From Candidatus Pacearchaeota archaeon (GTDB taxonomy: Archaea > Nanobdellota > Nanobdellia > Pacearchaeales > GW2011-AR1): a DNA stretch of 64,000 nt. Below are positions 25,652 through 36,004 of this stretch, piece after piece (the stretch's first letter is position 1; every line of letters starts with the position of its first letter). The notes under the pieces were generated by a model. The model saw nothing but the letters and a program-made list of their open reading frames with translations. It made no database searches and was not told the DNA's origin. The stretch is from positions 271 through 64,270 of the forward strand of contig JACPHA010000017.1 of NCBI GenBank assembly GCA_016188825.1, written 5' to 3'. The position numbers were made by a program, and so were the translations under genes.

Positions 25652-26331
25652 TTTCTTCTCCTAGCAAAATCCGCCATTGATATGGCATTTCTTAAATAAT
25701 GCCAACCGCCATATGAATTTTTGGCTTTAAATAAAAAACTGTCTTTTGGTTGCTTAAATTCTTCATCAAATACATAATCTTTGTTTATGCTATATTTTCC
25801 ATTTGTTCTGCTTACCATTCCTCTTTGTTCTAATAAACCCAATACTCTTTGATATTCTTCTCTCAATATTCTCTGAGATTCATCAGATGCGAAAATCCTT
25901 TTAATAGGTTTTATTCTCCAAGGTCTTTGGAATCCGTATCCCCAAAGATAATTATTTAGAGGGTCTAAAACCTCAAACTTTTCAATTCCGGCTTTTCTAA
26001 ATCTAACTAACTCTCTTCTTACTAATTCTGATTTCATTCTATCAGAAATTTCCACACACTTCTCTTCGTTGTACAAATGAACCATTCTTAAATGACTATA
26101 TGGATGCCCCGTTTCAAATAATTGCAAAGTAAATGGATGAATCAAATGAACACTGATATTTGGTCGCATTTCTACTGGTTTATCTCTCGAATTCTGAGAA
26201 GTTAAAGCTACCAAATCAATATCAGAATCTTTTCTATAATATCCATTTACAAAAGAACCATAGATATAAAGTGCTTCGACAGAATTCTCTTTTAGCACTC
26301 TATCAACACATCTTGAAAGACTTTTGTCCAT
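25648..26331 (-). CDS. nucleotidyltransferase (Pol-beta superfamily minimal NTase) domain protein
   Basis: LYIYGSFVNGYYRKDSDIDLV shows the GS...DxD signature. Start set at the second ATG (26331), which is preceded by GGAGGT embedded in the last codons of the kinase gene. Confidence 0.7.
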   Translation of the reverse strand: MDKSLSRCVDRVLKENSVEALYIYGSFVNGYYRKDSDIDLVALTSQNSRDKPVEMRPNISVHLIHPFTLQLFETGHPYSHLRMVHLYNEEKCVEISDRMKSELVRRELVRFRKAGIEKFEVLDPLNNYLWGYGFQRPWRIKPIKRIFASDESQRILREEYQRVLGLLEQRGMVSRTNGKYSINKDYVFDEEFKQPKDSFLFKAKNSYGGWHYLRNAISMADFARRRK

Positions 26332-26335
26332 TTTG

Positions 26336-28105
26336 TTACCTCCTTCTAACATTTCTTAATTCACTTTGAATATTATGATATTGTTCTTCATTCCAAATAG
26401 AATCCCCTAAAACAGTTAAAGCAATTCCGCCTTTAGTAAACCTATGACCTACAAATCCTCCATAACTTCCGTAGACTCTTTTATTATGCGGTAGAATATA
26501 CTCTATTTCGCCCATTCTCTCTCCACCAGTATTAAAAATTAATTCAAATTTAGTGTTATATTTTGGTCCAGATTTTTTATAATCTCCTCCAGATGTTACT
26601 CTATTTTCATAAAGATCTTCTTCTTTTGGAGTTGTTTTTGGAGCGTTCTTAAAAGGAATTGTAGCAAATGCTAATGTTTTTCCAAGATCACTTTTAATTC
26701 CTTTAATAATAACTTGCCTCTCTAAAGTTCTACTAATTGCCTCTAAAATATTTTCAGTAGTTCTAACTCGCACATTAGTTCCTGCTGCTAAAAAACTTCT
26801 ATAATCAATAGAATCTCCTCGCCATCTCATAAACCAAGGTTTTCTAACTCCTTTAAAATCTGATCCACTAAAACTATAAAGCCTTTTTAAATCATCAAAT
26901 TGTTTTTTAGGAGGTTCTATTGGCTTTCCCGTTCTTTCCTTTAACTCGCTAACTTTATTGCCTCCTCCATGCCCTTCAGACTCCGCAACTTCCTGCACAA
27001 GATTTATCAATTCATCAACAGAACTATACCTTTTTGCAACATCTCTGGCCATTCCTTCCCTTAACACTGCGTCTAATCCTTTAAATTCTGGTTTAATTTC
27101 ATCTAAGTTTTCAAAATCTCCTTCTGGTTTTATTCCAGTTAACAATTCATAACATAAAGAAGACAACTGAAAAACGTCTGTTCTTTCATCTGCATTGCCT
27201 TCCCATTGTTCAGGAGCCATATATCTTGGAGTTCCCTTTATTTTATCTTTATCAGCAGTTAGGGATAACGCCAGAGAATTAAGCATCGATGTATCTGCAA
27301 ACTCTTTGCCTGCATATTTTAAATTCAAATCAACTAATTTTACATTTCCTTTCCCGTCTATTTTAAAATTGCTTGGTTTAACATCTCCCAAAACAATTCC
27401 TTTTTCGTGCAGTAATTTTATTGTTGAAGCAATTTGTAAAAAATATGACAAAGCATCTTTTGTGGGCATTCCTTTTTCCATTCTTTCTTCTAAACTATGC
27501 GGAATATATTCTGTTAAAAATCCCGGAGAATGTTCATCGTCAAAGTAAACAGCAAGAGCTGGAAAATGATCGTTGTCTATTTGCGACATTCTATTGATTA
27601 AATTTGTCTCTTCCTTTAGAAGTTTCAACAGCGATCTTGGCGCTTCGGGATTCAATGCTATAGCTCTTGCAAATGCTTCTTTGTTCAGTGTTTTATACGC
27701 AAATCTTGAATTTGTATGGAACTCCTCAACCAAAAGCACATCACAAAATCCACCACTGCCAATTTTATCAATTACCTTAAATCCTGCAACATAGCCTTCT
27801 AAACCTTCTGTTTGCGCTCCATCGCTACGCGTTTCCTGTAACGCAGGAATTTCTGCAGCTTTCCCTTCTTCAATTTTCCTTTCGGTTTGAATAATTTCCG
27901 CATTTGGTGCTGCCTCTATTCTATAATTTGAATCTTGTATCTTTTCTATATCTCCTTTCCGTCTTGCTTCTTCCATCTCTTTTAAAATTGCTATTTCATT
28001 TGCAGAAACTTCTTCTTTTTTTATCTTTCCCTCCAAATATCTCTCTTTTGTTCCCTCTCCTTGAACAACTTCTCTTTCCCTATAAACTATCTTTTCTTCT
28101 TCCAT
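26336..28105 (-). CDS. Ser/Thr protein kinase with charged N-terminal region and unassigned ~200-aa C-terminal domain
   Basis: Gly loop GSGGFCDV. Lys in FAYKTL. Catalytic loop LGDVKPSNFKI. GTPRYMAPEQ. The C-terminal 200 aa has no motif I recognise. Confidence 0.85.
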   Translation of the reverse strand: MEEEKIVYREREVVQGEGTKERYLEGKIKKEEVSANEIAILKEMEEARRKGDIEKIQDSNYRIEAAPNAEIIQTERKIEEGKAAEIPALQETRSDGAQTEGLEGYVAGFKVIDKIGSGGFCDVLLVEEFHTNSRFAYKTLNKEAFARAIALNPEAPRSLLKLLKEETNLINRMSQIDNDHFPALAVYFDDEHSPGFLTEYIPHSLEERMEKGMPTKDALSYFLQIASTIKLLHEKGIVLGDVKPSNFKIDGKGNVKLVDLNLKYAGKEFADTSMLNSLALSLTADKDKIKGTPRYMAPEQWEGNADERTDVFQLSSLCYELLTGIKPEGDFENLDEIKPEFKGLDAVLREGMARDVAKRYSSVDELINLVQEVAESEGHGGGNKVSELKERTGKPIEPPKKQFDDLKRLYSFSGSDFKGVRKPWFMRWRGDSIDYRSFLAAGTNVRVRTTENILEAISRTLERQVIIKGIKSDLGKTLAFATIPFKNAPKTTPKEEDLYENRVTSGGDYKKSGPKYNTKFELIFNTGGERMGEIEYILPHNKRVYGSYGGFVGHRFTKGGIALTVLGDSIWNEEQYHNIQSELRNVRRR

Positions 28106-28216
28106 TTTTTCTTTAAGGCATTTACATAAATATCTTTTTCTGTGTTAGAACATATAAAACACCTTTATAAATCTTTCTAATTTGTTACTTTAAAGTTAAT
28201 ATAAAATAATAAAATC

Positions 28217-29071
28217 TTATTTCCTAATCCAATAAACAACAGTTCCCTCACTATTCACCATGCTCTTGCAATATTCTTTCAATCCAGAAAAATCTCTTTT
28301 TGCTATTAATTCCAACCCAGTTTTAGAAAACAAAGCATTTGTTAATCCGTCTGTATAAACCAGCACAACATCTCCTTCCCGCAATTTAATTCTTCCCTTT
28401 CTTATGTAATTCTCTGCTTCGTCTTCGCCAGTTAAAACACCAAAAGAAAATTTCTGCTTGGGCTTGTTTCTAAACATTCTTCTCATTATTAATCTGCCTT
28501 CAGGATGACTCCACCATTTATGCCTTTTCCCAATGCTATCGAGAAAACCCTGAACAAACTCTGCTTTTAAAACAAGAGCCCAGCGGCTTTCATCTGTTTT
28601 CCAATATTCATCTTCTGTTCTGAATTTTACCACGCCAAAAACATCAACAACAGCAACACCGCAGGAAGCAATAAATTGGTACTCTAAAATATCGCCTTTT
28701 ACATGAGTAATTGCAGCAGTACATCCAGCTAAGTCATTTTTAAGCCAATCAGGATCCCGGATAACCACAATATTAAACTTTTTTATTTTTTTATTAGCTG
28801 AATATAAATCTCCGCTCTTTACCGCAATCTCCGCAGCTTTTTTTGCAATGCTCGGCTTTGGATAATTTTTAATCATTATTTTCTTGCCTTTTTCTGTATT
28901 CAAGTCAGGATAATTGTTCATAGGATCTCTGCTTACTCCATCTGCCACAGCCAAATATGCCCAATTTTTGCCTTCTCTTTTCTCAAACTTGTCTTCTGAA
29001 ACAGCCCCCCATTTTCTCTTTCTGTCTTCAAGCAAAGTAAATCCTCCCATCATATTATACCAAGTGCTCAA
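28217..29071 (-). CDS. PP2C/SpoIIE-like (PPM family) protein phosphatase, probable
   Basis: YLAVADGVSRD and VLVYTDGLTNALF resemble PPM motifs. The start is TTG or the downstream ATG-ATG. Confidence 0.55.
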   Translation of the reverse strand: MSTWYNMMGGFTLLEDRKRKWGAVSEDKFEKREGKNWAYLAVADGVSRDPMNNYPDLNTEKGKKIMIKNYPKPSIAKKAAEIAVKSGDLYSANKKIKKFNIVVIRDPDWLKNDLAGCTAAITHVKGDILEYQFIASCGVAVVDVFGVVKFRTEDEYWKTDESRWALVLKAEFVQGFLDSIGKRHKWWSHPEGRLIMRRMFRNKPKQKFSFGVLTGEDEAENYIRKGRIKLREGDVVLVYTDGLTNALFSKTGLELIAKRDFSGLKEYCKSMVNSEGTVVYWIRK

Positions 29072-29197
29072 AAACTTTTAAATCTTTCCATATTGAGATA
29101 AATCTGATTTATTCGTAATTTGTCGTCGATAAATTGGATTTTTAGGTAGAAAGGTTTTTAAATGAAAATTAATTAATTGGCTTGATAAAAAGTTCTC

Positions 29198-31108
29198 ATG
29201 GACAATACAAAAGACAAAAAATCTGCATCAGCCAGCTATTCAGCAGAAAGCATCAAGGTTTTAGAAGGCCTAGAAGGAATCAGGCATCGCCCCGCGATGT
29301 ATATCGGAAGCACGAGCAAGCAAGGCCTTCATCACTTAGTTTATGAAGTTGTTGACAATGCCGTTGATGAAGCAATGGGCGGCTACTGTGACAATATAGA
29401 AGTCACATTAAGCTCTGACGGCTCTGTAACAGTAATAGACAATGGCCGCGGAATTCCAGTTGATATTCACCCTGTTTACAAGCGCCCTGCAGTTGAAATA
29501 GCAATAACAAAACTTCATGCAGGAGGAAAATTCGACAAAAAAAGCTATGTTGTTTCAGGCGGTTTGCACGGCGTTGGCATCAGCGTTGTTGCTGCATTAT
29601 CAAAACACTTAAAAGTTATAATAAGAAGAAACGGAAAAATTTACCAGCAGGAATACAAAATTGGCAAGCCAACATACGACTTAAAAGTCATTGGTAAAAC
29701 AGAAGAAAAGGACACAGGAACAGAAATAACATTTTTGCCGGATGAAACAATTTTTTCAACAATAAAATTTGAATTCTCAATACTTGAAACGAGATTCAGG
29801 GAAATTGCTTTTCTTAACAAAGGAGTTAAAATAACTTTGAAAGATGAAGAAGGGAAGAAAAAAGAAACATTTCACTATGAAGGTGGTTTAGAAGAATTTG
29901 TAAAATGGGTGAACAAATCAAAAGAAGCTTTGCATAAACCAATTTATTTCACAAAAACAGACAAAGGTGTTGTTGTAGAAATTGCAGTTCAGTATAATTC
30001 AAGCTATCAAGAGAATGTTTTAGGTTTTGTAAACACAATCAACACAGTAGAGGGCGGAACCCATGTAATTGGTTTCAGAACCGCATTAACAAGAGCAATC
30101 AATGATTATGCAAACAAAAACAGCTTAATAAAAAACGGAAATCTTTCAGGCGACGATGTCAGAGAAGGTTTGACAGCAATTATTTCTGTTAAAGTTCCAG
30201 AGCCGCAATTTGAGGGCCAGACAAAAACTAAATTAGGAAATTCTGAAATTAAAGGAATTGTTGAAAGCATAAGCTACTCTGCTTTGGTTGAATTCTTTGA
30301 AGAAAATCCCAACATTGCAAGGAGGATTGTCACAAAGGGATTGGAGGCGCAAAAAGCAAGAGAGGCAGCAAAAAAAGCGAAAGAAATTGTCAGAAGAAAA
30401 AGTGCTTTTAGTGTCAGTGGTCTTCCAGGAAAACTTGCAGACTGCTCGAAAAAAAAAGCAGAGGAAACAGAGCTTTATATAGTTGAAGGCGATTCTGCCG
30501 GCGGCAGTGCAAAACAAGCCCGCAGCAAAGATTTCCAGGCAGTCTTACCGTTAAAAGGCAAAATCTTAAATGTAGAAAAAGCAAACCCAATAAAAGTTTT
30601 ATCAAGCGAAGAAATTACAAACCTCATTACTGCAATAGGAACAGGAGTTGGTGAGCAGTTTGATTTAACAAAATTAAGATACTCAAAAATAATAATAATG
30701 ACTGATGCAGACGTTGACGGAGCCCACATCATGACTTTGCTTCTAACTTTCTTCTTCAGGTTCATGAAACAACTGATAGAAAACGGAAACATCTACATTG
30801 CGGTTGCTCCTTTATACAGAATAAGAAAGAAGAAATACCACTATGTTTTCTCAGACGAAGAATTGAAAAAAATGATGGAAAAACTTGGCGGCGAAATTGC
30901 TGTTCAAAGATTCAAGGGCCTTGGAGAAATGGATTCAGAACAACTATGGGAAACAACAATGAACCATAAAACAAGATTATTAAGGAAAGTCACAATTGAA
31001 GATGCCGCAATTGCAGATGAAATTTTTTCCAAACTAATGGGAGAAGATGTTGAAGCCAGAAGGCAATTTATAGCTGAAAGAGCCCATGAGGCGGAGATTG
31101 ATATTTAA
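29198..31108 (+). CDS. gyrB: DNA gyrase subunit B
   Basis: LEGLEGIRHRPAMYIGST, HHLVYEVVDNAVDEA, GGLHGVG, EGDSAGGSAKQ, DADVDGAHI. Confidence 0.95.
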   Translation: MDNTKDKKSASASYSAESIKVLEGLEGIRHRPAMYIGSTSKQGLHHLVYEVVDNAVDEAMGGYCDNIEVTLSSDGSVTVIDNGRGIPVDIHPVYKRPAVEIAITKLHAGGKFDKKSYVVSGGLHGVGISVVAALSKHLKVIIRRNGKIYQQEYKIGKPTYDLKVIGKTEEKDTGTEITFLPDETIFSTIKFEFSILETRFREIAFLNKGVKITLKDEEGKKKETFHYEGGLEEFVKWVNKSKEALHKPIYFTKTDKGVVVEIAVQYNSSYQENVLGFVNTINTVEGGTHVIGFRTALTRAINDYANKNSLIKNGNLSGDDVREGLTAIISVKVPEPQFEGQTKTKLGNSEIKGIVESISYSALVEFFEENPNIARRIVTKGLEAQKAREAAKKAKEIVRRKSAFSVSGLPGKLADCSKKKAEETELYIVEGDSAGGSAKQARSKDFQAVLPLKGKILNVEKANPIKVLSSEEITNLITAIGTGVGEQFDLTKLRYSKIIIMTDADVDGAHIMTLLLTFFFRFMKQLIENGNIYIAVAPLYRIRKKKYHYVFSDEELKKMMEKLGGEIAVQRFKGLGEMDSEQLWETTMNHKTRLLRKVTIEDAAIADEIFSKLMGEDVEARRQFIAERAHEAEIDI

Positions 31109-31109
31109 A

Positions 31110-31292
31110 ATGAAAAAGAAATCAGAAACCAATAACAATGAAGAAGATATCCTAGAAATAATTTTAGATGATAATAAAATTAATGAGTTAATTAACAAAC
31201 TGGAAGAATTAAAAGGAAGTAGAAAACACATCCACTTTAATTATAATGATAAAGAATTATTAATCTATCACAATAAGGAATGTTTAACATGA
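31110..31292 (+). CDS. hypothetical 60-aa acidic protein
   Basis: The ATG lies 1 nt after the gyrB stop. ORF track gives 31086..31292, trimmed here. Confidence 0.4.
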   Translation: MKKKSETNNNEEDILEIILDDNKINELINKLEELKGSRKHIHFNYNDKELLIYHNKECLT

Positions 31293-31522
31293 ATTTACAA
31301 TTTAAATTAGGAGAAGAATATGTGGAAGCAGATTTTGCCTCAGCAGGATTTAGAAGAAAAAGACTAGTAGAAGAAATAGCACATAATGACTGTATATTTA
31401 GTCACGAGAAGGGCAATGAGATTTATGTTGTCCGTGAAACACCAGATAGGAAAATGGTTCCTTGGGCGTATCACAATTTAGAAACAGGAGAAGTTGTTCA
31501 AGCAGACAACAATAAGCGATAA
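31289..31522 (+). CDS. hypothetical 77-aa protein
   Basis: ATGA overlap with the preceding ORF. No motif recognised. Confidence 0.45.
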   Translation: MNLQFKLGEEYVEADFASAGFRRKRLVEEIAHNDCIFSHEKGNEIYVVRETPDRKMVPWAYHNLETGEVVQADNNKR

Positions 31523-31523
31523 A

Positions 31524-31823
31524 ATGGAATATTTAATTGTTTCAACTACAATAGATAATAAGAAAGATGCAAAGAGACTAGCTAGAAAAATCATTTTGGC
31601 TAAGTTAGGAGCATGCGCGCAAATTAGCAAGATAAAAAGTTATTATAAATGGAAAGGAAAAATTGAATTTAATGAGGAATTTAAAATTGAGATAAAAACA
31701 TTATCAAAGAATTATAAAAAGCTTGAAAATTTTATTATTAAAAATCATAAATATGAAGTACCGGAAATTATTTCCATTAAGATAATCAAAGGCTATAAGA
31801 ATTATTTAAATTGGATTAAGTAA
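31524..31823 (+). CDS. cutA: CutA1 divalent-cation tolerance protein
   Basis: MEYLIVSTTIDNKKDAKRLARKIILAKLGACAQI...YKWKGKIE...EVPEIISIKI matches the CutA1 pattern. Confidence 0.8.
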   Translation: MEYLIVSTTIDNKKDAKRLARKIILAKLGACAQISKIKSYYKWKGKIEFNEEFKIEIKTLSKNYKKLENFIIKNHKYEVPEIISIKIIKGYKNYLNWIK

Positions 31824-31830
31824 AATAAAC

Positions 31831-32193
31831 ATGATAAAAAAAATACCTAAAGTTTGGGGCTCAGAAGAGTGGATTGTAAATAATGATAGATATTGTGGAA
31901 AAATCCTGAAGTTAAAAAAAGGATTTAGAAGTAGTCTGCATTATCATAAAAATAAACATGAAACTTTTTTTATTTTAAGTGGCGAGGTTTTATTGGAATT
32001 AGAAGGAAAGAATGTTGTTATGAAGTCTGGAGATGTACAGACGATAGAACCCCTCAATAAACACAGATTTACAGGACTTAAAAATAGCAAGATAATTGAA
32101 TTTTCAACGCATCATGAAGATTCAGATAGTTATAGAGAAATTGGAAGTGAAAGAATAGACATTGAAAAACTGAAAAAGGAGATTAATATATGA
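31831..32193 (+). CDS. cupin-domain protein (mannose-6-phosphate isomerase-like small cupin)
   Basis: WGSEEWIV..YCGKIL.LKKG.RSSLHYHKNKHETFFILSGE. Confidence 0.75.
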   Translation: MIKKIPKVWGSEEWIVNNDRYCGKILKLKKGFRSSLHYHKNKHETFFILSGEVLLELEGKNVVMKSGDVQTIEPLNKHRFTGLKNSKIIEFSTHHEDSDSYREIGSERIDIEKLKKEINI

Positions 32194-32366
32194 TAACAAA
32201 AAAATTTTGCCCGAAATGCGGAAGCGAAGATATTCAAATGGTAGCAGGAGGCCTGATTGGAAGTTGGATGTGCAAAAACTGTGGATTTTCAGGCAGCATT
32301 TTTCCAGAAAAACCAATTATTGTTTCAGAACAACAAATTAATAAAAAATTAAAAAAGAAAAAATGA
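32190..32366 (+). CDS. 58-aa four-Cys zinc-ribbon protein (not in ORF track)
   Basis: ATGA overlap with the cupin stop, and its own TGA overlaps the next ATG. Translates MITKKFCPKCGSEDIQMVAGGLIGSWMCKNCGFSG.... Confidence 0.6.
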   Translation: MITKKFCPKCGSEDIQMVAGGLIGSWMCKNCGFSGSIFPEKPIIVSEQQINKKLKKKK

Positions 32367-32647
32367 ATGACATAAAACCAGACGAATTAAGATATAAGGA
32401 TTTCGAAAGAGTAAAGGAAGTAATAAGAGGCGATTTGAATGGTTCATTATATTACGCAAAATACAGTATGTTTAACGACGCCCAAAACGGGATTAATGAA
32501 GCAAACAGGAGAATTGACACCTTTGTTTTCGATATCAACCATGATAAATTAAATATCACTTCTTTCTTAATAGACTATCTCAGAATAAATGCAAAATCTG
32601 TTGAGAAGAGAGTTGTAAGAATAAAAAAATTCATAGGAAAAAAATAA
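32363..32647 (+). CDS. hypothetical 94-aa protein immediately upstream of gyrA
   Basis: ORF only. The stop lies 1 nt before the gyrA ATG. Confidence 0.5.
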   Translation: MNDIKPDELRYKDFERVKEVIRGDLNGSLYYAKYSMFNDAQNGINEANRRIDTFVFDINHDKLNITSFLIDYLRINAKSVEKRVVRIKKFIGKK

Positions 32648-32648
32648 A

Positions 32649-35195
32649 ATGACAGAAGAAAAACAAAACAACAGCGAAGAAGACAAAATAGAAAAAGAAA
32701 TCGAGGAAGAAGAAAGAAAAAGGCGCGAGAAATATCAAATTGGCGAGGAAAAAGGCGTTGAAGGAGCAGAAATAGTCGAAGTAATGGAAAAGGCATACAT
32801 TGATTACGCTATGTCAGTTATTGTTCAAAGAGCAATTCCAAGTATTGAAGACGGTTTGAAACCAGTTCAAAGAAGAATTCTTTATGCAATGCATCAGATG
32901 GGTCTTGATCCATCAAAACCAACGAGAAAATGTGCGAAAATTGTCGGCGAGACAATGGGAAATTATCACCCCCATGGAAACATAGCTATTTATGATGCTT
33001 TAGTACGAATGGCTCAAGATTTCTCTTTGCGTTATCCTCTTGTTAAAGGCCAGGGAAATTTTGGAAGCATGGATGGAGATCCTCCTGCTGCAGATAGGTA
33101 TACAGAAGCCAAACTAAACAAGATCGCTGCTGAATTACTACAAGATATTGAAAAAGAAACAGTAAAAATGCGTCCTAACTTTGACAACTCAACAAAAGAG
33201 CCTGAAACCCTACCAGGAAAACTTCCAAACCTTTTCTTAAATGGGGCAACAGGAATTGCAGTAGGAATGGCAACAAATATTCCTCCGCACAACTTAAATG
33301 AAATCTGCGATGCAATTATTACTTACATCAACAAACCAGGAATAGAAATTGATGAGCTTTGTGAAATTGTCCAGGGTCCAGATTTCCCAACTGGAGGTAT
33401 TATTACAGGAGAAGGAATTAAAGAAATGTACAAAACAGGAAAAGGAAAAATTCTGATGCGGAGCAAAACATTAGTTGGAGAACACAAAGGCAAGCAGCAG
33501 ATTGTAATCAAAGAAATTCCCTACATGGTTAATAAGGCAGAGCTGGTAAAAGATATTGCCAGGCTTGTTACTGAAAAAAAGCTTCCTGATGTTTCAGACA
33601 TTGGTGATGAAAGTTCTAGGGGTGAAGTAAGAATTGTCATCGAATTAAGGAAAGGAGTGGACCCAAAATACACAACAAACAAATTATATAAATTAACTAA
33701 CTTGCAGACAAGCTTTGATGCAAATATATTGGCTTTAGTAGGAAAACAGCCCCGTGTTCTAAACCTAAAAGAATACATAAAAGAATATGTGTCTTACAGA
33801 AAAATAATTGTTACAAACCGTTCAAAATTCGAATTGAAAAAAGCAGAAGAAAGATTAGAAATTGTTCTTGGTTTGCTTATTGCTTTGAAAGAAATTGACA
33901 AAGTTGTTGCATTTATTAAAAAAAGCAAAAACACAAGCGAAGCGCATGAAGGCTTAATGAAAAAATTCGGCTTGACAACAAGGCAGGCAAAAGCGGTTTT
34001 GGAAATGCGCCTGCAGCAGCTAACTTCTCTTGAAAATGACAAGCTTAATGACGAAGAAAAGAAATTGAAAGAAGCAATTTCAGAATTGAAAAAAATCCTT
34101 GGTAGCGAAGAGGAAGTCCTGAAAATTATTAAGAAAGAAATTAATGAAATCAAAAAAGAATACGGAGGCGAGAGGAAAACCAAAGTGCTAAAGCGTGTTG
34201 AAGAGATCTCAGAAAAAGACCTCGTAGAAAAGAAAGAAGTTGTCGTTCTTGTTACCAACTCCGGGTACATAAAACGTGTTGACCTAAAGACTTACAAAGA
34301 ACAAAGACGCGGAGGAGCAGGAATAACCGGTGCGGAATTAAAAGATGAGGATTTTGTGAGACACTTCCTGACCTGCTCAACTCACGACTCTTTGCTATTC
34401 TTCACTTCTCGCGGCAGAGTGTTCTGGCTAAAAGCGCACGAAGTTCCAGATGCATCAAGGCAGAGCAAGGGAAGATCAATAGCAAACATATTCATTCTCC
34501 GCGACGAGGAAATAGTTAATATAAGAAACGTAGCTAATTTTGAAAAAGGCTATTTAATGTTTGCGACAAAACTGGGAATTGTAAAAAAACTCCCTCTGAA
34601 AGATCTTGCAAAACCAAGAAATACAGGTGTTCGCGTTATGAACCTGCCCAAAGACAATACAGACGCGATAATAAATGTGCGTCTTGTCGAAGACAGCCAA
34701 GAAGTTTTGCTCATAATGAAAAAAGGAAATGCGGTAAGGTTTAATTCAAATGAAGTCAGACCAATGGGCAGAGCAAGTTACGGAGTCAAGGGAGTTGAAC
34801 TTTCTTCTGGAGACCAGGTTGTTGCTCTTGAGCCGGTACCATTAGATGGCAAAGCAACAATTTTAACAATAACTGAAAAAGGTTTTGGAAAACGTTCTTC
34901 TTTGGATGAATACAGAAGAACAAGTCGTGGAAGCAAAGGAGTCATTAATTTGAAAATCTCGCCAAAAACAGGAAACATAATTGGCTCTCGCTCAGTGAAT
35001 AACGAAGATTCAGTAATAATCACAACAACAAAAGGAATGATAATCAGAATAAACATGAAAGGCCTTCGCGTAATGGGCAGAGCAACTCAAGGAGTCCATG
35101 TTGTCAAGCTAAAAGAAGGCGACAAAGTCGCTGTTGTTGTTAAAGTCCCGAGAGAAGACGTTATTGAAAAAGCGGAAAAACAAATTAATGAGTAA
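32649..35195 (+). CDS. gyrA: DNA gyrase subunit A
   Basis: [36 protein letters not shown], active-site AADRYTE, C-terminal beta-pinwheel repeats. Confidence 0.95.
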   Translation: MTEEKQNNSEEDKIEKEIEEEERKRREKYQIGEEKGVEGAEIVEVMEKAYIDYAMSVIVQRAIPSIEDGLKPVQRRILYAMHQMGLDPSKPTRKCAKIVGETMGNYHPHGNIAIYDALVRMAQDFSLRYPLVKGQGNFGSMDGDPPAADRYTEAKLNKIAAELLQDIEKETVKMRPNFDNSTKEPETLPGKLPNLFLNGATGIAVGMATNIPPHNLNEICDAIITYINKPGIEIDELCEIVQGPDFPTGGIITGEGIKEMYKTGKGKILMRSKTLVGEHKGKQQIVIKEIPYMVNKAELVKDIARLVTEKKLPDVSDIGDESSRGEVRIVIELRKGVDPKYTTNKLYKLTNLQTSFDANILALVGKQPRVLNLKEYIKEYVSYRKIIVTNRSKFELKKAEERLEIVLGLLIALKEIDKVVAFIKKSKNTSEAHEGLMKKFGLTTRQAKAVLEMRLQQLTSLENDKLNDEEKKLKEAISELKKILGSEEEVLKIIKKEINEIKKEYGGERKTKVLKRVEEISEKDLVEKKEVVVLVTNSGYIKRVDLKTYKEQRRGGAGITGAELKDEDFVRHFLTCSTHDSLLFFTSRGRVFWLKAHEVPDASRQSKGRSIANIFILRDEEIVNIRNVANFEKGYLMFATKLGIVKKLPLKDLAKPRNTGVRVMNLPKDNTDAIINVRLVEDSQEVLLIMKKGNAVRFNSNEVRPMGRASYGVKGVELSSGDQVVALEPVPLDGKATILTITEKGFGKRSSLDEYRRTSRGSKGVINLKISPKTGNIIGSRSVNNEDSVIITTTKGMIIRINMKGLRVMGRATQGVHVVKLKEGDKVAVVVKVPREDVIEKAEKQINE

Positions 35196-35324
35196 TCAAA
35201 ATCTATCTTTTTTGTCTCGCAAATTTTTTAATATATCTTTTCTGCCCTTTTTACCCGCATATTTTCTTAAATAGCCAGCCATTGACTTACTCGTTTTCCT
35301 TTTTCCAATAATTTTATTTTTCAT
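35196..35324 (-). pseudogene. truncated VapB-like antitoxin paralogue (C-terminal 42 codons only)
   Basis: Translates MKNKIIGKRKTSKSMAGYLRKYAGKKGRKDILKNLRDKKDRF. Its tail aligns with the C-terminus of 35706..35921 (SLAGFLGKYYKKQKLKDIVMDLRDKNDRY). Confidence 0.45.
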
Positions 35325-35332
35325 TATGTAAG

Positions 35333-35719
35333 TTAATCTCCGCCATCTAAAAAATTAATATTATCCAATCCTCTAAAGTCGTTATCTAATGTTATTAATG
35401 TCGCATTTTGATCTAACGCCGTGGCATAAATTAAAGAGTCAGCCATGCCTAAATTATTTTCTACCGATATTTCAGCAGCTCTTTCAGCAATTTCATTACT
35501 TATATAAATTATCAAACTTTTTTGTTTTATTAGCTCGATAGCTTTTGCTATTTCATCAGATTTTATTTTATCTTTAAGAAATTTTTTCTTTATTTCAAAT
35601 AAAGACAAGCTAGATAAAAGAAAGATTTCATCTGATTCCATTAATTCGATGTTTTTATTCTTTATAATATAAGCCAGCCACACAGAAGAATCCAACAAGT
35701 TAGATTTAGTACCGGTCAT
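35333..35719 (-). CDS. vapC: PIN-domain toxin VapC
   Basis: LLDSSVWLAYI (N-terminal Asp), GMADSLIYATAL, LITLDNDF. Confidence 0.8.
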   Translation of the reverse strand: MTGTKSNLLDSSVWLAYIIKNKNIELMESDEIFLLSSLSLFEIKKKFLKDKIKSDEIAKAIELIKQKSLIIYISNEIAERAAEISVENNLGMADSLIYATALDQNATLITLDNDFRGLDNINFLDGGD

Positions 35720-35921
35720 TTTTGTCCCTCAAATCCATAACTATATCCTTCAATTTTTGTTTCTTATAATATTTACCTAAAAACCCCGCAAGAGACTTCT
35801 TAACTGCTATCTTTCCAGCAATTTTATTTATAGCCTCGTCATAAGAATCTGATTGGGTCTCTTCTTTTAATTTCTTCAAAAGCAAAAGCGTTCTTTCATT
35901 TACCTGTATTGTGGTCACCAT
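35706..35921 (-). CDS. vapB: VapB-type antitoxin
   Basis: 71 aa. 14-nt overlap with vapC. N-terminal beta-strand/helix pattern MVTTIQVNERTLLLLKKLK. Confidence 0.65.
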   Translation of the reverse strand: MVTTIQVNERTLLLLKKLKEETQSDSYDEAINKIAGKIAVKKSLAGFLGKYYKKQKLKDIVMDLRDKNDRY

Positions 35922-36004
35922 ATAATTATATAACTATAGTATATATAAAAATCTTTCTCTTTTTTCGATTTTGACTAAATAAAAAAAATTTCTCTCTGTA
36001 ATTT

